A DNA stretch of 47,151 nucleotides. Source: Bacteriovoracaceae bacterium. GTDB taxonomy: Bacteria; Bdellovibrionota; Bacteriovoracia; Bacteriovoracales; Bacteriovoracaceae. This document shows positions 36,432 to 45,852 of this stretch, one piece after another (positions within the stretch are counted from its first letter, which is position 1; every line of letters starts with the position of its first letter). Where the stretch lies: positions 1 to 47,151 of the forward strand of contig JBFEUX010000001.1 of assembly GCA_041547255.1 (NCBI GenBank), given 5' to 3'. A program made the position numbers and the translations under genes. The notes under the pieces are model-generated. The model saw nothing but the letters and a program-made list of their open reading frames with translations. It was not told where the DNA came from and made no database searches.

Positions 36432-38036
36432 ATGAAACTCTTAATTGCCTTTTTGTCTGTATCTATAGCGTTCAGTACTTTCGCTAGAGAATTGACTAAA
36501 GAACAAAAATTAAATGATTTAAACGAACTTGTTGCTATGATTAAAGGTGGTTATGGACCACTTCAATACAAAAAATCTAATTTTGGTATTGATATAGATA
36601 AGCTCACAGCAAAATACAGTCAGCTTATTGCCGAATCAAAAAATAACTCAGAGTTTTACTATTTAATAGTTAAATATGTTGCTGAATTTAATGACTCCCA
36701 CTTTGGAGCAAGAATACCTACTAATCATAAAGCAACTTTAGGTTTCAAAACAGATTATGTAGCTAATAAAGTGCTTATTGAGAGCATTGATAGAAATGTC
36801 TTATCTGAGAAATCTTTTCCTTTTGAAAAAGGTGATGAAATCATCGCTCTTGACGGCATTCCTGTTGAAAAAGTTTTAAATGAACTTATTCCTTACATGG
36901 GCCAAGGTTTTTCTCAAACGGCCAAAAGAAAAGCGGGAATGTTAGTGGCCAACAGACATGGTAGTGTTGTTCCTGTTAAAGATGGAAAAGTAAAAGTTAC
37001 TATTAGAAAGGGAACCTCTGAGTTCACTGAAGAAGTTGAACTAGAGTGGAAACTGTCTGGTACTCCACTTGATGAGTATGTGCCAACTACCACAAAAGGC
37101 TTTGGACGTTACGTACTAGCACGCCAAGGCGTTAATTACGATAATATCTCAGTTATTAAAGAACCTGCTTTTGAAAATTCATTTAGATGTTCTGGAAGCA
37201 CGAGAACAAAAATTCCTGAAGATGCAACGATGATCATGGAAAAGCCATTTGTTGCTTATTACCATCCAACTGAAAAAGGGAATATTGGATATTTAAGAAT
37301 CCCACACTACTCTCCAAAAGAAGCAGATCCTTCTCTTAATGCTTTTGAATTAAGATTTGCTCAATATGAATATGCGGTAGCTGAATTAGAAAAAAATACT
37401 GTTGGTTTAATTATCGATCAGGACCACAACTGTGGTGGTTCCGTTAGCTATTTACACCAAATTGTTTCATTATTTGCGCTTGAGCCTTTTGCTCCTGTGC
37501 AATTTGAGTTACTGGCGAACAAGCAGAGTTATTTAGATTTTAGCCGTTGGGTATCCAAAACATATGAGCATACAATTGGATATCAAGAAAGCATGAAAGT
37601 TATTGATCTTATTAAAGAAACTTGGCTAAATAAAGACTCTTACCTGACAGAAAAAACCTCTTTAAGTGGTAGGACACAATACTTGCCTCATCAAGAAGCT
37701 CATTACACGAAACCAATTATCGTACTGATTGATGAAATGAGTGGATCAGGTGGAGATGCCTTTCCTGCAACTATGCAAGGAATTGGCAGAGCGAAGCTTT
37801 TAGGAAATCGTACCATGGGAGCTGGTGGACACGTAATTGGATTGCCTCCACTTTCTAATTCACAAATTTCAGTTCGAATGACTAAGTCACTTTTCTATCA
37901 CCCAAATAATGTGGCGATTGAAAATCATGGTGCAAGCCCGGACATTGAATACAAACCAACTCGTGATGATTTCGTTTATGAGTATCGCGGTTACCAACAA
38001 TTTTATTTAAACGAACTTTTTAAACTTATAAAGTAA
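36432..38036 (+). CDS. Secreted S41-family (C-terminal processing / tail-specific-like) serine peptidase
   Basis: Start at the ATG at 36432, after aggaga. Signal peptide MKLLIAFLSVSIAFSTFA, a PDZ-like FEKGDEIIALDGIPVE, and the catalytic block IDEMSGSGGDAFP. Confidence 0.7.
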   Translation: MKLLIAFLSVSIAFSTFARELTKEQKLNDLNELVAMIKGGYGPLQYKKSNFGIDIDKLTAKYSQLIAESKNNSEFYYLIVKYVAEFNDSHFGARIPTNHKATLGFKTDYVANKVLIESIDRNVLSEKSFPFEKGDEIIALDGIPVEKVLNELIPYMGQGFSQTAKRKAGMLVANRHGSVVPVKDGKVKVTIRKGTSEFTEEVELEWKLSGTPLDEYVPTTTKGFGRYVLARQGVNYDNISVIKEPAFENSFRCSGSTRTKIPEDATMIMEKPFVAYYHPTEKGNIGYLRIPHYSPKEADPSLNAFELRFAQYEYAVAELEKNTVGLIIDQDHNCGGSVSYLHQIVSLFALEPFAPVQFELLANKQSYLDFSRWVSKTYEHTIGYQESMKVIDLIKETWLNKDSYLTEKTSLSGRTQYLPHQEAHYTKPIIVLIDEMSGSGGDAFPATMQGIGRAKLLGNRTMGAGGHVIGLPPLSNSQISVRMTKSLFYHPNNVAIENHGASPDIEYKPTRDDFVYEYRGYQQFYLNELFKLIK

Positions 38037-38040
38037 ATTG

Positions 38041-38063
38041 AGGGGAGCTTCGCTCCCCTTTTT
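38041..38063 (+). terminator. Hairpin plus T-run after the S41 peptidase gene
   Basis: aggggagc-ttc-gctcccct followed by tttt. It ends 7 nt before the next ATG. Confidence 0.7.
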
Positions 38064-38069
38064 CCTTCT

Positions 38070-38498
38070 ATGCTAAAACGCCTTCACAACATTTTAAAAC
38101 CAAAGCCTAAACTTCCCTATCAAATTATTGGTGAGGAGAAGGGAGTCTACCAACTGGTTAAAAACTTCTATGAAATAATGGAAACTGACCCCAAGGCCAT
38201 CCATTGCTTAAATGTGCACCAGCTGATTGAGAATAAAGTTCCAGACGAAGTGAAGAAAAAACTTTTCATGTTTTTATGTGGATGGTTTGGAGGGCCAAAT
38301 CTATTTGTAGAAAGTTTTGGGCCACCACGCATGAAGGCAAGACATATCAAGGTTAAAATTGGGGAACAAGAACGAGATGAGTGGCTTTATTGTATGCAAT
38401 TAGCGCTAGCAAAGCACCCATTTCCACTCAAGAAGAAAGAAAGACAAAGTTTGCATAATTCTTTTTGGGCCTTGGCCACCCGTATTCAAAATAACTAA
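38070..38498 (+). CDS. Group II truncated haemoglobin-like globin (YjbI-like)
   Basis: 142 aa. YQLVKNFYEIMETDP and IGEQERDEWLYCMQLAL resemble trHb group II blocks. Confidence 0.55.
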   Translation: MLKRLHNILKPKPKLPYQIIGEEKGVYQLVKNFYEIMETDPKAIHCLNVHQLIENKVPDEVKKKLFMFLCGWFGGPNLFVESFGPPRMKARHIKVKIGEQERDEWLYCMQLALAKHPFPLKKKERQSLHNSFWALATRIQNN

Positions 38499-39133
38499 GA
38501 TAAAAGCATTACAACGAACATCACAAGACTGGCCAACGCCAACATCAAAACAAAAGGTGAAAGGATAATACATACGCTTAAGCTGGGTGAAGCATTCAGC
38601 TCCTTTCTTAAACCAGCATACATCAGTACCATTCCTGCTAAATTTTGAAAGGCCCCCCCAATCAAGGGTACTAATTTAAACATATGACTTGATAAATATA
38701 CAGAGACAACATTTTGTGCTTTTTCGTTAAGATCACCTTGAACTTGTAATAAATTACCAAAGAATTTAATCACAACTTCCCAGTACTGCACAATTAACAG
38801 CCCAAATATCGGGTAAAAAATTATATCCAACACTGTTGAAAGAACCACAAAGTGCATCCCCGAAAATTCTTCAAAATTAATGAATCGGGTAAAATCGAAA
38901 GCCGAATCAGTAAATAAATTTATCAGCCATAAAACAGTGATATTCAATATGAAGACTTTAAAAATTCCATTAATAATGATGAATACCCAGGACATGACCA
39001 AAGATTCATAGGCGCTGAACTTAATTGGATGATATAGCTCTTCGCGCTCTGGGTGCATGAAAGCTTCATGGGTTTTAAAGGGATGCACCAGATAATGAGC
39101 ATAACTTTTAAAAATTTCCAATAAATTCATCAT
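38495..39133 (-). CDS. Yip1-like polytopic membrane protein
   Basis: 212 aa with 5 predicted helices. It is the last gene of the ABC-2/GldG-like string. Family assignment is tentative. Confidence 0.4.
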   Translation of the reverse strand: MMNLLEIFKSYAHYLVHPFKTHEAFMHPEREELYHPIKFSAYESLVMSWVFIIINGIFKVFILNITVLWLINLFTDSAFDFTRFINFEEFSGMHFVVLSTVLDIIFYPIFGLLIVQYWEVVIKFFGNLLQVQGDLNEKAQNVVSVYLSSHMFKLVPLIGGAFQNLAGMVLMYAGLRKELNASPSLSVCIILSPFVLMLALASLVMFVVMLLS

Positions 39134-39148
39134 AAGTAATAATATGAA

Positions 39149-40519
39149 TCAATTCATTTTCACTGTAAAGATCTTATTAAAGAAGTCCGGCGTTATTTGT
39201 TGACTATTATACTCGTAATGAAAAAGAATCTTAGTATTTGTGTCATATACATCAATAAAGCGTTTTCCTATATTGACCCATAACTCTTTTTGAAACAATT
39301 CCACCACAAGCTGAAAGCGCTTAATATCCAGCTTCTCCACTTCTTCTATATAGCTGGCCTGCTTAAAATCAACTAAGTTTAAAAGCAAATTAAACAAAAA
39401 GTTTATATGGACTTTACTGACAAAATTAACTTCTTTTGACTTAGGCAGCACTTCAAAAGTTTCAATATCATCCACCTTAAAGTCATATCTCTTCTTTCCA
39501 GTATGTCCCAATTTGAAAGTAAAATTCTTTATCTGTTGAAAATTAACCTGATACTGAATACGTTTATTCCAAAAGTCTTGCTGATTAAAATAGAAGGGAC
39601 TCTTATTCTGATTCTCTAAAACAAAAATATAATCATGTTTGCTCGATTTAAGATAAGTGCCAAATTTGTTGTTCAGCCCTCGATACATTTTAAGCGTAAG
39701 GTAGGGTTTATCCTGTTGCTTGTGAAAAATTTTTATCGTACTGCCCAGATTTGTGAGTATATTTTTTCCGCCACTAACAATTCGCTTAATTTTAAGATTG
39801 TTAAGTGAATTTTGCAAAACCAGTTTAATATTTAAGTAGCGTAAAGCACTAGGTGCTGCAGGTGTAGTTGTATTTTGTGACAGGTTCAGGGAATACCAAC
39901 GGTTTCTTTTGTTATCAATGATTATTTTATCGGCTTCCCGTAACTTAAAATTCTCATAAAACTGACCATCCCAAAAAAGATCTTGTTTCGCCTCAAACAG
40001 ATTTTGTAAGCGTAGATATTTGGCCAAGTTTAATTCCAACTCTGTCTTATAGACATAGTCTAAAAAAGAATCATCGTAGCAAACATAAATTTTACCGGGA
40101 TCACCTTCCTTTCTGACATAAAAGGCTCCGGTAACGCTTGAAACATTGCCTAGAAAATACTTATGCCTCTTTCCTGCGATAGAAAGTTCGATAAATTTTT
40201 TATCGTCGGTAATGAAATCACTTATATTTTTTTCTTGAACAACCCCAGAGATTTGAATGCCCGCTATAATTTTCAAATAATCTTTCATTAGTTGCTGGTT
40301 AACCGGCCAATCCAGCTGGTCAGTCTTCCAAACAGAGTTCTCTTTTATAAAATGCTGATAACTCGTTTTAATCGCCGTAATTTTTTCTACATTCTTAACT
40401 AATTTTTTAGACATTTTCTGAATTTCGAATGCGTCTTTTTTTATCACCTCTTCAGTTATAAAGGCAACTCCAATAAGTGTAATCAATATGGCCATTAGAA
40501 TTACATTTTTCTTATTCAT
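39149..40519 (-). CDS. DUF4340-like protein (common partner of GldG-type ABC auxiliary proteins)
   Basis: 456 aa with an N-terminal TM anchor, VILMAILITLIGVAFI. It overlaps the GldG-like stop by 4 nt. The assignment rests mainly on position and architecture. Confidence 0.5.
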   Translation of the reverse strand: MNKKNVILMAILITLIGVAFITEEVIKKDAFEIQKMSKKLVKNVEKITAIKTSYQHFIKENSVWKTDQLDWPVNQQLMKDYLKIIAGIQISGVVQEKNISDFITDDKKFIELSIAGKRHKYFLGNVSSVTGAFYVRKEGDPGKIYVCYDDSFLDYVYKTELELNLAKYLRLQNLFEAKQDLFWDGQFYENFKLREADKIIIDNKRNRWYSLNLSQNTTTPAAPSALRYLNIKLVLQNSLNNLKIKRIVSGGKNILTNLGSTIKIFHKQQDKPYLTLKMYRGLNNKFGTYLKSSKHDYIFVLENQNKSPFYFNQQDFWNKRIQYQVNFQQIKNFTFKLGHTGKKRYDFKVDDIETFEVLPKSKEVNFVSKVHINFLFNLLLNLVDFKQASYIEEVEKLDIKRFQLVVELFQKELWVNIGKRFIDVYDTNTKILFHYEYNSQQITPDFFNKIFTVKMN

Positions 40520-42030
40520 CCACTCGTCTTCCTACGAAATGCAAAAATTGCTGCGCCAAAAAATAAAAAAGGAAAAATAAGAATAGAAAAATAAAAGATT
40601 GTATTTAAATGAGTTTTAGAAAGATAAACCAGATTTCCTTCCAGACTTGGACGAGTTAAGCTTATTAGATTATCGTCGCGAACACCCCAGGAAAGAGCAT
40701 TTATAAAAAGATTAAAATTATTCGACTGTCCCTGAAACTGATTTGAGATAAACGCAGAAGAAGTAAAAGCAATGATACGTGACTTATTTTTCTCGCCTGC
40801 CATAAAAATATTGAGAGGCCCTTCCAAATCATCTCCCTCATTAAATTTGGCCTTCCCCATTTTTACTTCATCAAAACTTGACTCCCCCCAACTAGCAGGA
40901 AAAGGTGTCGATTTGGCCAATATTTTCCATGTAAAATCCGATTTACCCGTAAGTTTAAAAGCTCCGCTCACCGGAAACAAAGTACGCTCATTCATATTTT
41001 TAGTTATCTCATGCTGAGTATCATAGGTGTTAACAACTGGTATGGATGCTTGGGATCCCTGTTGAGCGGCCAGTCTATCCAAAATCAGAACATTATTAAA
41101 GTCAATACCATAGTCATTTAAGAACTTGATATAATTTTGAATAAGTAGTCCATTAAAGCTGGGGGCCAGAGTCGTAATAAGGCTTCCTCCCTTTTCAATA
41201 TATTTGGATAAAGTCTTAATCTCTAAAGGTAAAAATTCAATCTGTGGATTGAGAATCATGACAGCAGAGGCATTTTTAGGGATACCTTTTTGCAACTCAA
41301 TGGGCTTAAGTACAAAATGAGAGTTTAAGATTTTTTCTTTGAGAAAATTTGCTCCAACACTATTTTTATCATCAAGAGACATCTCATTGTGTCCAACCGA
41401 ATAATAAATAATTTTTTTGTTAGGTCTTAGAATTTTATATAAAAGATTGGTTACGGCCAATTCATTTTTGGCCACTGTTTTATATTGAGAATTATTATAT
41501 TCAATAATTAAAGTCCCTTCTTCCTTAATGTCATACAGGTTAATCAGGGCCAACTCCTTATCCACATCATAAAAATCTAGCCCCAAATTTGCACTATGGT
41601 TTTTGTACAGTTGTAGTAGCTTAAGATAGCGTCCCCAGTCGGCCCTTTTTGCAAATAATTTCAGCTGAATTTTCTCACCCTGCAATAACTTTAGGGCCTT
41701 CAAAGATTGATCACTCAAAGTATGAATTTTACTTCTTGTTAAATCAATATATCTGTCATTTCTCACAACTAAAAAATTTATCATTGCAAGGATACAAAAT
41801 GTGAGAAAAAGAGTAATCAGATTACTGGATAATTGCTTGAAGAAATAAGATTTTATCGCCTGTTTAAACAGTTTTCTATATTTCAAAATTAAAAGACAGG
41901 AAATAATAAAAGCTACCAGTAAAATAGCGAGATTAAATTTATAATACTCAGGGACCACAATAAAAAGTAATGCCACCACAAAGTATAAAACAATATCTAT
42001 TATAAGATAAACCTTTGCAAGAAAACTCAT
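40516..42030 (-). CDS. GldG-like ABC transporter auxiliary component (ABC_transp_aux)
   Basis: 504 aa with N-terminal TM helices, a large periplasmic domain and a C-terminal TM helix, IFYFSILIFPFLFFGAAIFAF. It overlaps the permease stop. Confidence 0.65.
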   Translation of the reverse strand: MSFLAKVYLIIDIVLYFVVALLFIVVPEYYKFNLAILLVAFIISCLLILKYRKLFKQAIKSYFFKQLSSNLITLFLTFCILAMINFLVVRNDRYIDLTRSKIHTLSDQSLKALKLLQGEKIQLKLFAKRADWGRYLKLLQLYKNHSANLGLDFYDVDKELALINLYDIKEEGTLIIEYNNSQYKTVAKNELAVTNLLYKILRPNKKIIYYSVGHNEMSLDDKNSVGANFLKEKILNSHFVLKPIELQKGIPKNASAVMILNPQIEFLPLEIKTLSKYIEKGGSLITTLAPSFNGLLIQNYIKFLNDYGIDFNNVLILDRLAAQQGSQASIPVVNTYDTQHEITKNMNERTLFPVSGAFKLTGKSDFTWKILAKSTPFPASWGESSFDEVKMGKAKFNEGDDLEGPLNIFMAGEKNKSRIIAFTSSAFISNQFQGQSNNFNLFINALSWGVRDDNLISLTRPSLEGNLVYLSKTHLNTIFYFSILIFPFLFFGAAIFAFRRKTSG

Positions 42031-42785
42031 AGCCAGCGCCTCGCATCTAATCTCGTTTTCAAAATCATTAGCACCATTATAATAAATGCGAAATAAAAGC
42101 TTATATCTGAGAGAGCAATATTCGCCTTTACAAAATTTTCAAAATGATGATTAACAGAGAGAAATTGTAGAAACTGAGAAACGGCAAAGTTGCTACTCAT
42201 TTGACTAAACATTGCAACCATCCAAGAAAACAAAATAAAAACAAAAGCACTCAAGGCGGCAACTATTTGATTTTTACTAAAGGATGAGGCCAGGCATGCC
42301 AAAGCACTGTAGGCCATCAAATTAAATAATAGGCCAAAATAGCCGCAAAATATAAAGCTCACATCTGATAAATTCAAGTTACCCAAAAATAATGGATAGA
42401 TTAAAGTGGTAGCGATAAGTACTGCACCTTGGGTGACTAAGGCCAAATATTTTCCCAGAATAAACTCATAATCCGATATCGGGGATGAAAAATAGAGGTT
42501 TATAGTTTCATTTTTATATTCTTCAGAAAAAACTTTCATAGAAAGAATGGGGATAATAAAAAGCAAAAGATAATTAACGCTACCAAATAACTTAATGATA
42601 ACCTCATTAGCAAAGTCGTAATGATTTCTCATTGCTACGGGAACTTTTTGAACATGATCAACAAAATAAACTAACTGATAATAAAATATCCACCCCAAAA
42701 TCAGGGTAAACAGTCCCAAAATAACAAAAGAAATGGGACTTCTAAAATAAGCTCGTAATTCTTTAATAAAAACTAATCTAATCAT
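42027..42785 (-). CDS. ABC-2 type transporter permease (GldF-like)
   Basis: 252 aa with about 6 TM helices, immediately after and overlapping the ATPase gene. Confidence 0.75.
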   Translation of the reverse strand: MIRLVFIKELRAYFRSPISFVILGLFTLILGWIFYYQLVYFVDHVQKVPVAMRNHYDFANEVIIKLFGSVNYLLLFIIPILSMKVFSEEYKNETINLYFSSPISDYEFILGKYLALVTQGAVLIATTLIYPLFLGNLNLSDVSFIFCGYFGLLFNLMAYSALACLASSFSKNQIVAALSAFVFILFSWMVAMFSQMSSNFAVSQFLQFLSVNHHFENFVKANIALSDISFYFAFIIMVLMILKTRLDARRWL

Positions 42786-43719
42786 GTCGTCCCGTCAGTG
42801 AGATAAATATATCTTCAAGTGATTTTTCCCGCATTTCCAATTTACTAACTTCTACTCCAAGAGCTACCGCTTCAGTAACTAGCTCCGCCCTAATTTCCTG
42901 TCCCTGCTTTGGATGGATTAAGTAGACGGTTTCCTGATGGTTTTGCTCACATCTAAAATCCGAAACCATATCAGAATGTGAAAGGAAATCTTCAAACTTT
43001 CTATTTTTATTAAAACAACCAAAAACAATCTCAGTTGATTCGTTAATTTTCGATCTTAATTTCTCAATTTTACCTGACTCAAGAATTTTCCCCTTCCCTA
43101 TGATAGTAACCTCATCACAAACTAGGGACATCTCATGCAATAGATGACTGGAAAGCAAAATGGTATGCTCTTCTTTTAACTTTAAAATGAGGTTTCTAAT
43201 TTCAACTACCGTTTGTGGATCTAAGCCAATTGTCGGCTCATCCAACAAGACAATTTCTGGCATATGAATAATCGCTTGGGCAATTCCTACCCGCTGTTTA
43301 AAACCACGAGAAAGGTTTTCAATAAGTCTATTTTCTACCTCTGCCAAATCTAAAACATCCACACAATAATCAATACGGCTTTTCAATTGATCCGAAGAAA
43401 CTCGCTTTAAAGTTGCAATAAATTTTAAGTATTCTCTTACTTTTAAATCGCCATAAAGAGGTGGTACCTCCAACAAAAAACCTATTTTTTGATGAAAACT
43501 TTTATCGGCCAAGTTCAAGGCCTTACCATCAATGCGCACCTCTCCCTCATCTGGTCTTAATAAATTAGCAATGATCTTCATAGTCGTTGTTTTACCTGCA
43601 CCATTTGGCCCTAGAAAACCATGAATACTTTGCTTCTTGACATTAAAACTAATGCGATCCAAAACCTTTCGGCCCCCATATGACTTAGTAATGTTGTCAA
43701 CTTCTATTGTATTACTCAT
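42778..43719 (-). CDS. ABC transporter ATP-binding protein (GldA-like)
   Basis: Walker A GPNGAGKTT, signature LSRGFKQRV, Walker B LLDEPTIGLD. Confidence 0.92.
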   Translation of the reverse strand: MSNTIEVDNITKSYGGRKVLDRISFNVKKQSIHGFLGPNGAGKTTTMKIIANLLRPDEGEVRIDGKALNLADKSFHQKIGFLLEVPPLYGDLKVREYLKFIATLKRVSSDQLKSRIDYCVDVLDLAEVENRLIENLSRGFKQRVGIAQAIIHMPEIVLLDEPTIGLDPQTVVEIRNLILKLKEEHTILLSSHLLHEMSLVCDEVTIIGKGKILESGKIEKLRSKINESTEIVFGCFNKNRKFEDFLSHSDMVSDFRCEQNHQETVYLIHPKQGQEIRAELVTEAVALGVEVSKLEMREKSLEDIFISLTGRHD

Positions 43720-43819
43720 CTGCTAAAATAATACTAAGGTTTACACAGCTTGTGAATTAGTCAGATTATTTTTAGCTGTCAGATTTGAGTTTTCATCATG
43801 AATTTCCGATAATCTATCT

Positions 43820-44842
43820 ATGGAAATAAAAGAGAAGTTTAAAAGTGCTATCAAAAATGCACAAAACATTTTAATTAGCACCCACTCATATCCTGATGCT
43901 GATGGTATTGGTTCTGAAATTAGTTTATGTATGGCGCTTAAAAAATTGGGTAAAAATGCCATTTGTGCTAATGACGAAGCCCTATTAGAGCGTTACCGTT
44001 ATCTTGATGCTACTAATGTAGTAGTCAGTATTGCTGAAATAGACTCCGTTTTTCCTCATAAACCGGACTTAATCATAATAGTTGATACCAATATTGTGGA
44101 CAGAGCTGGAGATCACTTTAACAGCTATTACCAGACGATAAAGTGTCCTATTCTTTATATTGACCATCATCCCTGTCCACAGGCAACTATGGATGATCAC
44201 TGCATTGATACATCTGCGGCGGCAACCGGCCAATTGGTGGGCGAGCTCATTGAATCTGTGGGTGTGGCATTTGATCAGCAAATGGCCCTTCCTCTGTATA
44301 CTGCGATACTGATTGACACTAGTAGTTTTCGCTACCCTACAGTTACTGCCAATACGCATAGACTTATAGCCAAGCTTATGTCCACTGGCATTGAACCTCC
44401 CAGGGCGTATAATGGAATCTACGGAACCAAAAAAATTGAACATATGCACCTACTAGGCAAGGTCCTTTCAACTGCAAATAGCAACAAAACAGAAGAGATT
44501 GCTTGGTTAGTTTTAAAGAAAAAAGAATTAGTTGAATTTAACGTCGATATTGAAGACACTCATGCCTTCATCAATCATTTACTTATATTAGATAATGTAA
44601 AAGTTGCTTGTATGTTTCGTGATGATGGTAATTATGTAAAAATAAGTCTGAGATCCAGTGGTGAATACGATGTAGGGAAACTGGCAAAATTACTTGGAGG
44701 TGGGGGACATTCCCATTCAGCAGCTACCGTTATTGAAAAAACGAATAAACTTGGCCTAGAAGATATTATTAAGCAGGTCATTGAGAAGATTGAAAAGAAA
44801 TTACCTGAACTCAACCCTTTAAATATCAACAAAGAAGTCTGA
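43820..44842 (+). CDS. DHH/DHHA1-family phosphoesterase (NrnA-like nanoRNase/pAp phosphatase)
   Basis: THSYPDADGIGS, IVDTN, IDHHP, GGGGHSHSAA. Confidence 0.85.
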   Translation: MEIKEKFKSAIKNAQNILISTHSYPDADGIGSEISLCMALKKLGKNAICANDEALLERYRYLDATNVVVSIAEIDSVFPHKPDLIIIVDTNIVDRAGDHFNSYYQTIKCPILYIDHHPCPQATMDDHCIDTSAAATGQLVGELIESVGVAFDQQMALPLYTAILIDTSSFRYPTVTANTHRLIAKLMSTGIEPPRAYNGIYGTKKIEHMHLLGKVLSTANSNKTEEIAWLVLKKKELVEFNVDIEDTHAFINHLLILDNVKVACMFRDDGNYVKISLRSSGEYDVGKLAKLLGGGGHSHSAATVIEKTNKLGLEDIIKQVIEKIEKKLPELNPLNINKEV

Positions 44843-45850
44843 ATTTAAGCCGACATCCATTAACTTTTGAATTCTCATCGGCACTAACCCCGTAAATTGC
44901 GGACCTAGTTCTCCTGTTTCGCCAATATTCTGCAGTAATATTTTATCTCCCTCCATTTTGCCGACTTCGGTAATCTGCGAAACATAGCGCCCTTTTTCAC
45001 GATCCCTATCCAATTGAATAATAAAATCAACGGCCGACATTATTTGAAATCTTCTTGCTTTAACAGGAATATCAAAGCCTGAATACAACATCAGGTTTTC
45101 CAAACGCATAAGTGCCTCGCCAGGTCCGTTTGCATGAATCGTGCACATACTACCGTCATGCCCAGTATTCATGGACTGCAATAAATCAAAGGCTTCGCCT
45201 CCCCTTACTTCACCAATGATAATTCTGTCTGGCCGCATTCTTAAAGTATTTTTAACCAGGGCACCCATTCCCAAAGGATTGTTCATTTTCGCACCGGCAT
45301 TTGCAGTAAATAAACGAACTGTATTAGGTGTTGAAAAATTTAATTCTTTCGTATCCTCAATTGTAATGACTCTTTCTGTTGGTGAGATTTCTTGTAACAT
45401 TAAATTGAGAAATGTTGTCTTCCCAACACCGGTTCCACCAGAAATAATGACATTACATTTTGCGGCGACTAGTGCTTTAAAAAACTCTATCCACTTTGCA
45501 CTAATGTTAAATTTTCCATCAAGATCATCAAAACTGTTTATTTCTTTCAAATATTTTCTTATGGTAATTGCGGGATAGTCATTGGTATAAAGGGAAGAGA
45601 TAATATTAATTCGACTTCCATCTGCTAAAACACCATCAATTACAGGGTGTTCGACATCAAAACTAAGTTTATTTTGGAGTGCTACATCCTGACAAAAAGT
45701 ATTTATGTCTTCTGGTAATATCTCAACATTAAGACGAATGAGGTCTCCATCCCTTTCAATATAAACAAAATCAGGAGAATTGATAATAACTTCAGTTACT
45801 CCTCTTTTCTTGTTCAACTCTCCCAACATAGTCCAAATAGAGTTTTCCAT
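44819..45850 (-). CDS. Second CpaF/TadA-family secretion ATPase, short form, stand-alone
   Basis: Walker A SGGTGVGKTT, TIEDTKEL, RMRPDRIIIGEVRG, GHDGSMCTIHANG. 343 aa. Confidence 0.88.
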   Translation of the reverse strand: MENSIWTMLGELNKKRGVTEVIINSPDFVYIERDGDLIRLNVEILPEDINTFCQDVALQNKLSFDVEHPVIDGVLADGSRINIISSLYTNDYPAITIRKYLKEINSFDDLDGKFNISAKWIEFFKALVAAKCNVIISGGTGVGKTTFLNLMLQEISPTERVITIEDTKELNFSTPNTVRLFTANAGAKMNNPLGMGALVKNTLRMRPDRIIIGEVRGGEAFDLLQSMNTGHDGSMCTIHANGPGEALMRLENLMLYSGFDIPVKARRFQIMSAVDFIIQLDRDREKGRYVSQITEVGKMEGDKILLQNIGETGELGPQFTGLVPMRIQKLMDVGLNSDFFVDI

Positions 45851-45852
45851 AG

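Noticed and set aside
43741-43962. 73-aa minus-strand ORF overlapping the nrnA-like start region.
   Set aside because: It overlaps a well-supported DHH phosphoesterase gene on the opposite strand and has no RBS or family resemblance.
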